DNA of 64,000 nucleotides from Polyangia bacterium. Its GTDB lineage: Bacteria; Myxococcota_A; Polyangia; JAHFDS01; DATFWX01. Shown here in pieces: positions 1 through 8,632 of this stretch (position 1 is the first letter of the stretch; each line of letters begins with the position of its first letter). The stretch covers positions 2,659 to 66,658 of the forward strand of contig DATFWX010000154.1 in NCBI GenBank assembly GCA_035258845.1, written 5' to 3'. The position numbers and the translations under genes were made by a program. The notes beneath the pieces are model-generated. The model worked only from the letters and a program-made list of their open reading frames with translations. It was not told the DNA's origin and did not search any database.

Positions 1-414
1 GAGCTGTTCGATCGGCAAACCGGCGAGCTGCATCCCGAGGTGGCCCGGGCCTGGCAGCGCTACGACATCCGCCGGCTGCTCGAGGACAGCTGGGCGACTC
101 TGGGGCCGCAGCTGCGCGGCAAGCTGCACATCGTGACGGGCGCGGCTGACACCTTCCACCTCGATGAGCCGACGGCGCTTCTATGCGACTTCCTGCGGCG
201 CGTGGGCAGCGATGCCACCTGCGAGCTCATCCCGGGACGCGACCACATGGACCTGTACGTGGCGCACCCGCCCGAGTACCCGAACGGCCTGGGCGCGCGC
301 ATCACGCAGGAGATGTATGCCCGCTTCTCAGCCCACCAGGCGGCAGCCCCAGGCGCTAGCGCCGGGCAGCAGCCGTCCGGCAAGCGGCCACCGATCCGCG
401 GGCGCTCTCGGTGA
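1..414 (+). CDS. alpha/beta-hydrolase (esterase-like) protein, C-terminal fragment; 5' end lies outside the window
   Basis: Frame 1 is open from nt 1 (ELFDRQTGELHPEV...) and runs into the listed ORF 40..414. The sequence ...GKLHIVTGAADTFHL...IPGRDHMD... resembles the C-terminal His-loop region of esterase-type hydrolases. The functional call is weak. Confidence 0.45.
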   Translation, partial: ELFDRQTGELHPEVARAWQRYDIRRLLEDSWATLGPQLRGKLHIVTGAADTFHLDEPTALLCDFLRRVGSDATCELIPGRDHMDLYVAHPPEYPNGLGARITQEMYARFSAHQAAAPGASAGQQPSGKRPPIRGRSR

Positions 415-447
415 CGAGGCCGGCGACGTCCTCCACGCCAGCCAGCT

Positions 448-1830
448 CTACATCTGCTGCGGTACCGTGATCCCTTTCAGGGTCGAGCCCCGGTAAAAGT
501 CGTTGACGCGCCGGATGTCGCCTTTGCACACGGCGTACGCGACTGCCGCCGAGGCGGCCATCGCAGTGCCGGCCGAGCCGCCCGGGCTTTCCGCGCCCGT
601 GTCCGGATCGAACGTGCGCGTCGAGCCATCGACGCCCACGCCGCCGAACCAGCCCGTCTTGAGATAGCCGTTTCCGAGCACCCAGATCCAGTTGGTGTCG
701 TTGGGCGTGCCGTCGGGCCAGGCGGCCCGGATCAGCGGGTCCTTGGGCGTGTCGCCGTGAATGCTGATAATGACGTTGTCGCCTATCTTGCGGCCCGCGC
801 AGGTGGGGTCGTCGACCGCCATCAGATCAGCCATGAATCCGTCGAGGCTTTTGCCGATGGTGGTGACCGTGTCGACCAGGCCGGGCGGGTCGGCAAACGC
901 CGGGTGCGGGTCATCCTGCAGGGCCGGTATCAGCACGCAGTTGCATAGGCCCAGCTTGAACGCCTTGGCGGTCGTGATGAGCGCCTTGGCCAGCTCCAGC
1001 AGCTTGGTCTGCGAGCTCAGCGAGACTCCGTAGCGCGCCAGGTCATCGGAGCTGGGTTGCAGCTGCGACGACAGGTTGCGCCCCAGAAGGTTCGAAGCCG
1101 TCTTGGCCGTGTTGTAGCTCTTGGTCATGGTGGGCCGGGTCGCGACCGCGCTGAGCGACAGGTAGGCCTTGTAGTAAGCCTCGAACAGCGCGGCATCGCC
1201 ACCCGCCGACAGGACGCCGCCCATGCGCGAGGCCGCGCTGTCGAACAGGCCCACCATGCCGTCCGCGCTCGGCACCGTCGCCACCGAGGGGGCGCCGGGC
1301 GCGTTGCCATAGGGCAGGTTGCTGATCCCGATCACCGGCACCAGCGTCGGTGCGCTCGACTGCAAGGCCGCGCAGGCTGCGAACAGGCCCACGCCGGTGC
1401 CGATGGTCGAGCTCGAGATCGGACGCTGCGTGTGGGCCTCGTTGGTGCCCGCCATGAAGGCAGTGACCGCCTTGCTGATGCCGTAGCTGCGCCAGGGCGC
1501 CTGCGGGCCCAGGTAGAGCGGCTTGTCGGTGCCGGCCAAGAGCCCGCCCTCGCCAAACGCGTGGAACGCGAAGCGGTCGTTGCCCGACTGCGCGACATCG
1601 ACATGCGGCCACAGCAGATTGAACCAGGCCTGCCCGCCGTTGCCGGCGACGATGTGCACCGAGCGATTGGTGCTCAGGCAGGCCGCTTGGGCCGCCAGCG
1701 CCTTGCCGCCGGTGTCCTCGAGCACCTCGAAGATCCGCCACGGCCGCACGCCCAGAAGGCCGCCCACGTAAATGCCCCAGCGGATGAAGTCACGCCGGGA
1801 AGCGCCCCTTAGTTCCACGGTCTTGCGCAT
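448..1830 (-). CDS. Tat-signal secreted protein of unknown function (possible DUF1552-type partner of the upstream DUF1588-like protein)
   Basis: Internal ATG (Met36 of ORF 448..1935) is preceded by GGAG. The N-terminus MRKTVELRGASRRDFIRWGIYVGGLL is a twin-arginine signal. It starts 11 nt after the stop of the upstream gene and is the last gene of a 4-gene minus-strand operon. Confidence 0.7.
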   Translation of the reverse strand: MRKTVELRGASRRDFIRWGIYVGGLLGVRPWRIFEVLEDTGGKALAAQAACLSTNRSVHIVAGNGGQAWFNLLWPHVDVAQSGNDRFAFHAFGEGGLLAGTDKPLYLGPQAPWRSYGISKAVTAFMAGTNEAHTQRPISSSTIGTGVGLFAACAALQSSAPTLVPVIGISNLPYGNAPGAPSVATVPSADGMVGLFDSAASRMGGVLSAGGDAALFEAYYKAYLSLSAVATRPTMTKSYNTAKTASNLLGRNLSSQLQPSSDDLARYGVSLSSQTKLLELAKALITTAKAFKLGLCNCVLIPALQDDPHPAFADPPGLVDTVTTIGKSLDGFMADLMAVDDPTCAGRKIGDNVIISIHGDTPKDPLIRAAWPDGTPNDTNWIWVLGNGYLKTGWFGGVGVDGSTRTFDPDTGAESPGGSAGTAMAASAAVAYAVCKGDIRRVNDFYRGSTLKGITVPQQM

Positions 1831-1841
1831 CTTCGTCTCCT

Positions 1842-2531
1842 TCACTCGCACGTATGCACGGCCGACATGAGCGCGGCCACGGCAACGATCCGTCCCACCC
1901 CCGGGCTCGACGCCTGCGTCAGCACCAGGTTGCACAGCGCCACGTGCTGATCGGTGGCCGGGTAGCCCATGAGGCAGGTGAGCCCTTCGGGGTTGCAGCG
2001 GCCGTCGCTGCCAAACACCGGTACGCCGGCGCCGCGGACCTGGCAGGCGGCAACGTTGGGCAGATTTGCGATGATCTGCGGCGCCGCCTGCACGAAAATG
2101 TCAAACAGCTTGGTGGCTCCGGCCGCGGTTGGCTCGACCGCCTCGGCCACCCGGGCGTCGTAGTTGGGCGCGCCCAGCGCCTGCGCGCCCCCCTGGAACA
2201 GCTCGCCCGCCGATGGGATGCCGTTGGCCCCGGGCGCGCTCAGGTCGACCCCGCGCGAGGCCAAAAGGTGCGCCAGCGCCGCGTACGTGATCTTCTGACA
2301 TGAGTGCAGCCGCGCGCTCACTTCGTCGGGCCCCTCGCGCTCGAGCCGCGCGAGCAGATCGAACGGATCCACGCTGTCGTTGTCGTGGCTGAAGGTATTG
2401 CTTTCGCCGCCAACGGTGGAGTTGGAGGGTAGAGATCTCCCGCCGCCGGGCGGCAGCGAGTGGAAGCTCCCCGAGCAGGCCGCGCAAAGGAGCGGGAGAC
2501 CGATGAGCAGCACATTCTGGCAAGTACGCAT
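1842..2531 (-). CDS. lipoprotein, unknown function
   Basis: N-terminus MRTCQNVLLIGLPLLCAAC carries a lipobox. RBS GAGAGGAG lies upstream of the ATG. Tightly packed between its operon neighbours. Confidence 0.65.
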   Translation of the reverse strand: MRTCQNVLLIGLPLLCAACSGSFHSLPPGGGRSLPSNSTVGGESNTFSHDNDSVDPFDLLARLEREGPDEVSARLHSCQKITYAALAHLLASRGVDLSAPGANGIPSAGELFQGGAQALGAPNYDARVAEAVEPTAAGATKLFDIFVQAAPQIIANLPNVAACQVRGAGVPVFGSDGRCNPEGLTCLMGYPATDQHVALCNLVLTQASSPGVGRIVAVAALMSAVHTCE

Positions 2532-2547
2532 CGCCTGGTCTCCTCTC

Positions 2548-3723
2548 CTAGAACCGCACGAAGTCTTTGCTCAGGAACGCGCTGCGGATGACGCCCTTGA
2601 GCCGAAAGCCACTCGCCTCGAGCTGCTCGCGCAGCCCGGCCACAATCCAGTCGGGCACCGTCTGTGCGTCGGTGACGATGTCGGTCTTTGACAGCGCCCA
2701 GTTCCATACCCGCGCCACCAGACACTCGTGGACGTCCGGATCGACCGCGATGGCGTGCCCGAGCGAGGCCAGGTCTGTGACCGGCTCGCCGTGGCGCCAG
2801 GCCAGGCCCTCGCCCGCGACCAGCCAATCGCTCCTCTGCGCGGCCGGCAGGCCCAGCACCGGCACGTGCACCTGGACCGTGCCCTGCAACGTGCCGGTAT
2901 CGTCGAAGTTGGCGAACAGCGGCGCCATGTGGTTCATCGTGGTGTGGCAGTTGGCGCAGATGACCGACGAGGTGTCACGGAAGTCGATGCGCCCGGTCGT
3001 CTTGTCGGGCACGCTCTCGAACGGCCAGGGCGAGGTGTACTGGCCGTTGCCCTTGGGAATGGGCGCTGTCGAAAACTCGGTGGGGAATTTGCGGCACACG
3101 AACGATTCCTGCACCCACCGCACGCGCCGCATGGCCAGGTTGCCGTACCAGGCCGCCATCACGCCCGGATCCGTGAGCACACCGACTGCGCTCGGCACGC
3201 CGTTTCCGCAGTCGGCGGGTGCGAAGCCGCCGGTTGCGGGATCGCGAGTCGGGCAGGTGCCCGAGGTGGCCGTGAACAGATCGGTGAGCGGCCGATCCTG
3301 CACCACCAGCATGGCGGCGAAGGTGGCTGCGGTGTCGCGACCGGGGCCGCCGGTGCGGAAGCTGTTGCGAAAGAACCGGACGAGCGCGCCCGAAAAGCGC
3401 CGATCGGCCAGGTAGGCGTCGATCTTCTGCGCGTACACGGTGGCCGGATCGGTGGCTCCGTGCACGTCCTCGATCTCCTGCAGGGTGGGCAGGTCGCCTA
3501 CCAGCTTGAGCGCAGCCGTGCGCAGCGCCAGGTTGTAGTCGAGCCTGCGCGCGTTGAACAGGTCGTCCCAGACGTCCGAGCGGTTGGTGGCGCCGGGCGC
3601 GGGCACGTTGCCCGGAATCGGAGGCGGTCCCGGGTCCGGGGTCGCCGGGTCGATGTCCTGAGAGCAGCCGCCTAGGAGCGCGGCCAGGGCCCATGAAAGC
3701 TTCACTGCTCGCTTGCAATCCAT
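2548..3723 (-). CDS. DUF1588-like lipoprotein with a CXXCH motif
   Basis: Start at Met288 of ORF 2548..4584 (MDCKRAVKLSWALAALLGGC, lipobox). The upstream part of that ORF is Arg-rich junk. The motif ...VICANCHTTMNHMAPLFANFDDTG... matches the conserved C-x-x-C-H...P.G..f.nFD block of DUF1588 / Planctomycete-cytochrome-associated proteins. Confidence 0.7.
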   Translation of the reverse strand: MDCKRAVKLSWALAALLGGCSQDIDPATPDPGPPPIPGNVPAPGATNRSDVWDDLFNARRLDYNLALRTAALKLVGDLPTLQEIEDVHGATDPATVYAQKIDAYLADRRFSGALVRFFRNSFRTGGPGRDTAATFAAMLVVQDRPLTDLFTATSGTCPTRDPATGGFAPADCGNGVPSAVGVLTDPGVMAAWYGNLAMRRVRWVQESFVCRKFPTEFSTAPIPKGNGQYTSPWPFESVPDKTTGRIDFRDTSSVICANCHTTMNHMAPLFANFDDTGTLQGTVQVHVPVLGLPAAQRSDWLVAGEGLAWRHGEPVTDLASLGHAIAVDPDVHECLVARVWNWALSKTDIVTDAQTVPDWIVAGLREQLEASGFRLKGVIRSAFLSKDFVRF

Positions 3724-4817
3724 TGGCTCACCATTTGTTCGAAGGCGGCAAACGATCCCGCGTCCGGGAACTGAAAGGGATGGCCCCCGGCGAATCCGGG
3801 TGCCGTGACCTGGAAGATGCGGCTCGTCGCCGGCATGGAGGGCGTGACCTTGTTGCGCACTTGCGCGCACGCGGCCGCCTGCCCGGTCGGGCTGTCGTCG
3901 GGCACGTGCGACATGTCGAGCGCTGCGTTTGCCATTGGGTTGGCGCCCCCGTGGCAGGTCACGCAGATGTTCTGCAGCTGCGGCCTGGCGTTGGCGGTGA
4001 ACGAGGGCACGTTCTTGCAGCCGCCGCCGCTCGAGCCGCCATCCGGAAGGTCGGGCGGATTGGTGGCGGCCAGCGCCTGGAACGCAATTGCGATGCTGTC
4101 GCCCGCCTTGTACGAGGTCAGGATCAGCGTGCCCGGGCCCAAGAGCCGGTGGCCGCCCGCGGGAACCGTCTGATCGAGCCCGTAGAAAGAGTCGACTGGA
4201 TCGGGCTTGGGCGAGCCGCTTTGCGGGAGCACGATGAACAGCGGATGCACGACATGGACGCCGGTCGTCGCGGGCGCGACCACGCCCAGCACGGTCAGCT
4301 CGAGACCCGCGCCCGACACGCTGGCGACGAAGCTCAGCGCGGCGCCGTCGAGACCGGGCGCGAGTGCGGACAGGTCGCGCGTGTTCGAGCCCAGCGCGGG
4401 CACAAACGGGGGCAGCGTGGGCCCGCTCGCGCCGCCATCGGAGCCGCCCAGTCGAGCCATCGCCTCCGCGATGATCCAGGTCGCGACCAGGTCCTTTTGC
4501 GCGGGCGTGAAATCGGGTCCCTCGTGCTGGCCCTTGATGTACAGCTTCGACGACTGCGGCGAGTCGCCGACCAAGCCCGGCCACACCATCACAGTCGAAT
4601 ACTCGTCGGGCATCGGGAGCAGAAAGGGCGGACCGGCCGATCCGATGACGCCGCGATGACAGACCGCGCAGGTGCCATCGAGGATTGGCTGCACGGAGCG
4701 CTCGAACATGCCGCGCGCTCCGCCCCCGCCGTGGTCGGGGGCTCCGATCGCGGCGATGAAATCGCCACCGCAGCCTACGAATGCGATGAGCAGACAGACC
4801 GACCCGGCCCCGCGCAT
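3702..4817 (-). CDS. lipoprotein with two CXXCH haem-c-type motifs (PSCyt-like)
   Basis: Start at Met32 (MRGAGSVCLLIAFVGCGG, lipobox). Motifs CAVCH near the N-terminus and CVTCH near the C-terminus. Overlaps the next gene by 22 nt. An AT-rich region lies upstream (4818-5010). Confidence 0.7.
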   Translation of the reverse strand: MRGAGSVCLLIAFVGCGGDFIAAIGAPDHGGGGARGMFERSVQPILDGTCAVCHRGVIGSAGPPFLLPMPDEYSTVMVWPGLVGDSPQSSKLYIKGQHEGPDFTPAQKDLVATWIIAEAMARLGGSDGGASGPTLPPFVPALGSNTRDLSALAPGLDGAALSFVASVSGAGLELTVLGVVAPATTGVHVVHPLFIVLPQSGSPKPDPVDSFYGLDQTVPAGGHRLLGPGTLILTSYKAGDSIAIAFQALAATNPPDLPDGGSSGGGCKNVPSFTANARPQLQNICVTCHGGANPMANAALDMSHVPDDSPTGQAAACAQVRNKVTPSMPATSRIFQVTAPGFAGGHPFQFPDAGSFAAFEQMVSQWIASEQ

Positions 4818-5013
4818 GCCAGATCCCGCATAGCTCCTTTCCCGGAGCTGGGTGGTGCGAGCGCCATGCCAGTGGAGCCGGTCACGACCGGGGTCTTTAG
4901 ACCCACCCAAGATACATTATATTTCAGCAAGTTAACATCTATTTTACAGGGTGTTGTAATCGGTCGACATCGGAGACTCGACTCCCAGGGGGGGAACGAT
5001 TGTCTCCGGGCGC

Positions 5014-5547
5014 TTACCGGGGGGGCAGACGGGGCAGGCGGCGCAACAGCAGGTCATAGAGCAGGCTGGCGTCCACAAAACGCATTTCGATCAGGCCCAG
5101 ACGCAAGAGGTCGCCGGCTCGAATGGGGACCTTCTGGAGGGGCGCCAGGCGCGTGCTGTTCAGGAAGGTGCCGTTGGCCGAGCGCGCGTCGCACACCGCC
5201 CACCGGGTCTGGTCGGCGTGCGGCCATAGCAGTGCGTGCAGCTTGGACACCGAGCGATCTTTGAGCACCACGTCGCAGTTGGCCGTGCGGCCGATGGTGA
5301 TGCGATCGGTGTAGGGGCTGGTCGGATTGCGCACGATGGGCACATAGCGGACCGCGGCCGGGCGGAGCTGGTCGCCAATCGGCGGCGTGTGATCGAGCGG
5401 GCCCACGTCGGTCGAGGCCGCATCGTCCGCGACCCCATGGGCGGTCTCGGCCAGGCGCGGTCGGGCCAGAAACGGATGCCGGAAGTGTTTGACAAACTCG
5501 TCGCGGCTCGACCGCCGAGCGAGCGCCAACAGCGCTGGCAGGTCCAC
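5014..5547 (-). CDS. FHA domain-containing protein
   Basis: The C-terminal half ...ITIGRTANCDVVLKDRSVSKLHALL...ANGTFLNSTRL...IRAGDLLRLG is a typical FHA signature. GTG start. Confidence 0.8.
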   Translation of the reverse strand: MDLPALLALARRSSRDEFVKHFRHPFLARPRLAETAHGVADDAASTDVGPLDHTPPIGDQLRPAAVRYVPIVRNPTSPYTDRITIGRTANCDVVLKDRSVSKLHALLWPHADQTRWAVCDARSANGTFLNSTRLAPLQKVPIRAGDLLRLGLIEMRFVDASLLYDLLLRRLPRLPPR

Positions 5548-5558
5548 GACTCTACTTT

Positions 5559-5662
5559 AGAGTCGAAGCGTCGACGAGTCAAAGAGTCGAAGGCAAAAGC
5601 CGCACGGGGTCCGAGCTCCTCGATTCATCGACTCTTCAACTCTTCGACTCTTCAACTCTTCT
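5559..5662 (-). repeat. long imperfect hairpin whose arms are tandem 8-nt units (element A)
   Basis: Plus-strand left arm AG AGTCGAAG CGTCGACG AGTCAAAG AGTCGAAG G (5559-5592). Right arm CGACTCTT CAACTCTT CGACTCTT CAACTCTT (5629-5660). The arms are about 31 nt and complementary except for transition-type mismatches. It overlaps the gnd stop codon (5652-5654) and ends 12 nt from the FHA start. Confidence 0.8.
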
Positions 5663-6554
5663 TGACCCCGTGGCCTCCAAATTCGTTGCGCAGGGCCGCG
5701 CACACCTTGGCTGCAAACGAATCGTCCTGGCGCGAGCGAAAGCGCATCTGGAGCGACAGCGCCAGCACCGGCGCCGGCACCGAGCGCGCAATCGACTCCT
5801 CGACCGTCCACCGGCCCTCCCCCGAGTCCTCGACCCAGCCCTTGATCCCGGCCAGCTCGGGATCCTTGCTGAAGGCCGCCTCGGCCAGCTCGAGCAGCCA
5901 CGAGCGCACCACGCTGCCTTGATTCCACAGGTGCGCGACCTTGCCCAGGTCGTAGCCGTAGCCGGAGGCGCGCAGGATCTCGAACCCCTCGGCGTAGGCC
6001 TGCATCATCCCGTACTCGATTCCGTTGTGGATCATCTTGCAGAAATGGCCGGCGCCCGACGGACCCACATGCAACCACCCCTCGGGCGGCGCGAGGTCGG
6101 TGAAGATGGGCGCAAGACGCGCGACCGCAGCCCCATCGCCGCCAATCATCAGGGAGTAGCCGTTCTTGAGGCCCCAGATGCCGCCTGACGTGCCCGCGTC
6201 CAGAAACTTGATCTGCTTGGGCAGAAGCTCCTGCGCGCGTTGGATCGACTCCCGATAGTTGGAGTTGCCGCCGTCGACGATGATGTCAGCGGGCGCGAGC
6301 GCGGAGGCCAGCTCGCTCACAACCGCGCTCGTGGGCGCGCCCGCCGGCACCATGATCCAGACCGCGCGCGGTGGGCTGAGGGCGCCCGCCAGCTCGCGCA
6401 GCGAGGCGGCCGGCGTGGCGCCGATTTCCTGCGCCAGCGCGCGCGTGCGCTCGGCGGATTGATCGTAGACCGCCACCTTGTGGCCGCGTCCGCGCAGACG
6501 CGTCGCCATGTTGCCGCCCATCTTGCCCAACCCCACGAATGCAATCTCGGCCAT
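5652..6554 (-). CDS. gnd: 6-phosphogluconate dehydrogenase, decarboxylating (short ~300-aa form)
   Basis: Motifs AFVGLGKMGGNMATRL (NAD(P) fold), GGNSNYRES and DAGTSGGIWG. Strong RBS AAGGAGG precedes the ATG at 6554. Confidence 0.85.
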   Translation of the reverse strand: MAEIAFVGLGKMGGNMATRLRGRGHKVAVYDQSAERTRALAQEIGATPAASLRELAGALSPPRAVWIMVPAGAPTSAVVSELASALAPADIIVDGGNSNYRESIQRAQELLPKQIKFLDAGTSGGIWGLKNGYSLMIGGDGAAVARLAPIFTDLAPPEGWLHVGPSGAGHFCKMIHNGIEYGMMQAYAEGFEILRASGYGYDLGKVAHLWNQGSVVRSWLLELAEAAFSKDPELAGIKGWVEDSGEGRWTVEESIARSVPAPVLALSLQMRFRSRQDDSFAAKVCAALRNEFGGHGVKKS

Positions 6555-6569
6555 GGTTCCTCCTTAGGC

Positions 6570-6643
6570 AGTCGAAGGTCGAAAGTCAAAGGTCGAAAGT
6601 CCGGACCTTTTGCTTTCGACTTTCAACTTTTGACTCTTGACTC
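6570..6643 (-). repeat. long imperfect hairpin whose arms are tandem 7-nt units (element B, related to A)
   Basis: Left arm A GTCGAAG GTCGAAA GTCAAAG GTCGAAA GTCCGG. Right arm CTTTCGA CTTTCAA CTTTTGA CTCTTGA CTC. It abuts the stop codon at 6644 and ends just before the gnd RBS. Confidence 0.8.
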
Positions 6644-7006
6644 TCAATTCGCGATATCCGTGATGGGCCGGCATACCCGGCCGGGCCCATCGGCAATGGT
6701 CACGCAGCGCTGATCCTCGGGGCAGCTTGCGCCCCGCTCGGCGCACGGGAACTCGCACGTCGAGCGCTCGCTGCCGGCCAGGCCGCGGTAGCGCAGGCAG
6801 GTCATGCCGGCGGCGCAGGTGCCGGCCGCCGGGCACGGCTTGCCCTGCCCTTCCGGGAAGTGGCCGGCCTGGGGCAGTGGGGCGGTGGGGCCCGGTTGCC
6901 CGGCCGGCGGCACCGTGCGTACGGGTGCGGGCGCAGGCGCGGACGCGGGCGCGCTCCGGCTGCAGGCAGCCGCAAAAACCAGGAGCGCGACCAGAAGCGC
7001 CCTCAA
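6644..7006 (-). CDS. small Cys-rich lipoprotein (paralogue 1)
   Basis: I prefer the TTG start at 7006 (codon 16 of ORF 6644..7051), preceded by AAGGAG with a 7-nt spacer. It gives LRALLVALLVFAAAC (lipobox). Pro-rich linker, then a 6-Cys C-terminal domain. Confidence 0.6.
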   Translation of the reverse strand: MRALLVALLVFAAACSRSAPASAPAPAPVRTVPPAGQPGPTAPLPQAGHFPEGQGKPCPAAGTCAAGMTCLRYRGLAGSERSTCEFPCAERGASCPEDQRCVTIADGPGRVCRPITDIAN

Positions 7007-7010
7007 GAAG

Positions 7011-7421
7011 TCACTCCTTTGAGCGGCACACGGAGCCCGGGCCGTCGACAATCACGACGCAGCGCTGTCCGTGCGGGCACTTCTTGGATTTCTTGCGGCA
7101 TGGGATTTCACACGAGGCGAGCGGGTTGCCGCCCACGCCCCGGTAGTGCACGCAGGTCAGCCCGGGGCCGCACGCGTCGGCCAGACCGCACGGCTCACCC
7201 TGCGCCGGCACCGGGTCGGGCCGGCCCTCGGGCGGCGTCGGCGGCTTGATGGGGGGCTCCTCGGGCCGTGGGATGGGCGCGGCTTCGGTGGTGGTCGGGT
7301 CCTGCGTCACTGGCGGGGCCGACGGCGTATTCGAGATGGGCGGCTCGCCCTGCGGGGTCGGCGTCGGTGCGTTGTGGCCGCACGAGAGCGCGGCCATGAG
7401 CGCGAGCGCAGCCGGTTTCAT
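7011..7421 (-). CDS. small Cys-rich lipoprotein (paralogue 2)
   Basis: Start at Met7 (MKPAALALMAALSC, lipobox). Pro-rich linker. C-terminal GEPCGLADACGPGLTCVHYRGVGGNPLASCEIPC...CPHGQRCVVIVDGPGSVCR aligns with the neighbouring gene. Confidence 0.65.
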   Translation of the reverse strand: MKPAALALMAALSCGHNAPTPTPQGEPPISNTPSAPPVTQDPTTTEAAPIPRPEEPPIKPPTPPEGRPDPVPAQGEPCGLADACGPGLTCVHYRGVGGNPLASCEIPCRKKSKKCPHGQRCVVIVDGPGSVCRSKE

Positions 7422-7459
7422 GGTCGTGAACCATACCACCGTTGCGGTAAAGTGGGCGC

Positions 7460-8620
7460 GTGTTCTCCGCCCGCGTGTCGCGCTGGAGCCTTTTGCCCAA
7501 CCGGCTGACCGATCGGCTGGCCCAGCTGCGCGCGTCCGGCGCCGCCATCTTCGATCTCACCGAGTCCAACCCGACCCGCGCCGGCTTCGCGTACCCCGAG
7601 GACGAAGTGCGCGCCGCCCTGTCCGGCCCGCACTCGCTGACCTATGAGCCGCATCCGCGTGGCTGCGCGGACGCGCGCGCGGCCGTGGCCGCCTATTACG
7701 GCGCGCGCGGGGTCGCGGTCGATCCCGACCGAGTGGTCTTGACCGCCAGCACCAGCGAAGCCTACGGCTTTCTGTTCAAGCTGCTGGCCGATCCGGGCCA
7801 GGCCATCCTGACCCCGCAGCCAAGCTACCCGCTGTTCGAGTTTCTGGCCGGGCTCGAGTCGCTCGAGGTTCGCACCTATCCGCTCGGTTACCAGGGCGGC
7901 TGGCACCTGGATCTGGATGCGCTCGCCGGCGCTGCCCGGGCCCCCGATGTACGCGCCATCCTGGTGGTAAGCCCGGGCAATCCGACCGGTTGCTTCCTCA
8001 AGGCGCCCGAGCTGGCGGCGCTGCGTGCCCTCGAGCGCCCGCTCATCGTCGACGAGGTGTTTGCCGATTACGCGGCCGGACCGGATCCGGCGCGCGTTGC
8101 CACCGTCGCCGGCGAAACCGGCGTGCTCGCGTTCGCGCTGTCCGGGCTGTCCAAGGTGTGCGGCCTGCCGCAGCTGAAGCTGGGCTGGATCGTGGTTTCT
8201 GGTCCCGACCGGGCGCGCGCGGCCGCGCTCGAGCGGCTCGACCTCATTGCCGACACCTACTTGTCGGTGGGAACACCGGTGCAGGCGGCGGCCCCGCGCC
8301 TGCTCGCGCTCGCGCCCGCCCTGCAGGAGCAGATCCGAATGCGCCTGGCGAAAAATCACGCGACCTGCCGGCACGCGCTCCAGGGCACGCCCGCCCAGCT
8401 GCTCGAGGCCGAGGGCGGCTGGTCCGCGATCGTGCGCCTGCCGCGTACGCGCACCGAGGAGGAATGGGCGCTCGCGCTGCTCGAGCAGGACCACGTGCTC
8501 GCGCACCCGGGCTATTTCTTCGACTTCCCCGAGGAGGCCTTCCTTGTGGTCAGCCTGTTGACGCCGGAAGCGACCCTTGCGGCCGGGCTCGACCTTCTGG
8601 CGCGCCGCGTCGCCGAGTGA
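7460..8620 (+). CDS. pyridoxal-phosphate-dependent aminotransferase, class I/II
   Basis: 386 aa. ...ALSGLSKVCGLPQLKLGW... is the PLP-lysine block. Overall fold-type I aminotransferase pattern. Confidence 0.8.
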   Translation: MFSARVSRWSLLPNRLTDRLAQLRASGAAIFDLTESNPTRAGFAYPEDEVRAALSGPHSLTYEPHPRGCADARAAVAAYYGARGVAVDPDRVVLTASTSEAYGFLFKLLADPGQAILTPQPSYPLFEFLAGLESLEVRTYPLGYQGGWHLDLDALAGAARAPDVRAILVVSPGNPTGCFLKAPELAALRALERPLIVDEVFADYAAGPDPARVATVAGETGVLAFALSGLSKVCGLPQLKLGWIVVSGPDRARAAALERLDLIADTYLSVGTPVQAAAPRLLALAPALQEQIRMRLAKNHATCRHALQGTPAQLLEAEGGWSAIVRLPRTRTEEEWALALLEQDHVLAHPGYFFDFPEEAFLVVSLLTPEATLAAGLDLLARRVAE

Positions 8621-8632
8621 TACTGTGGCGCC

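Noticed and set aside
2548-4584. Full-length 678-aa reading of ORF 2548..4584. Likewise the long N-terminal extensions of ORFs 448..1935, 21273..22553, 29434..30696, 33161..33637 and 61456..63075.
   Set aside because: The upstream portions are Arg/Gly-rich shadow sequence overlapping the neighbouring real genes. Internal starts give proper signal peptides or lipoboxes, canonical N-termini, RBSs or stop-start overlaps.
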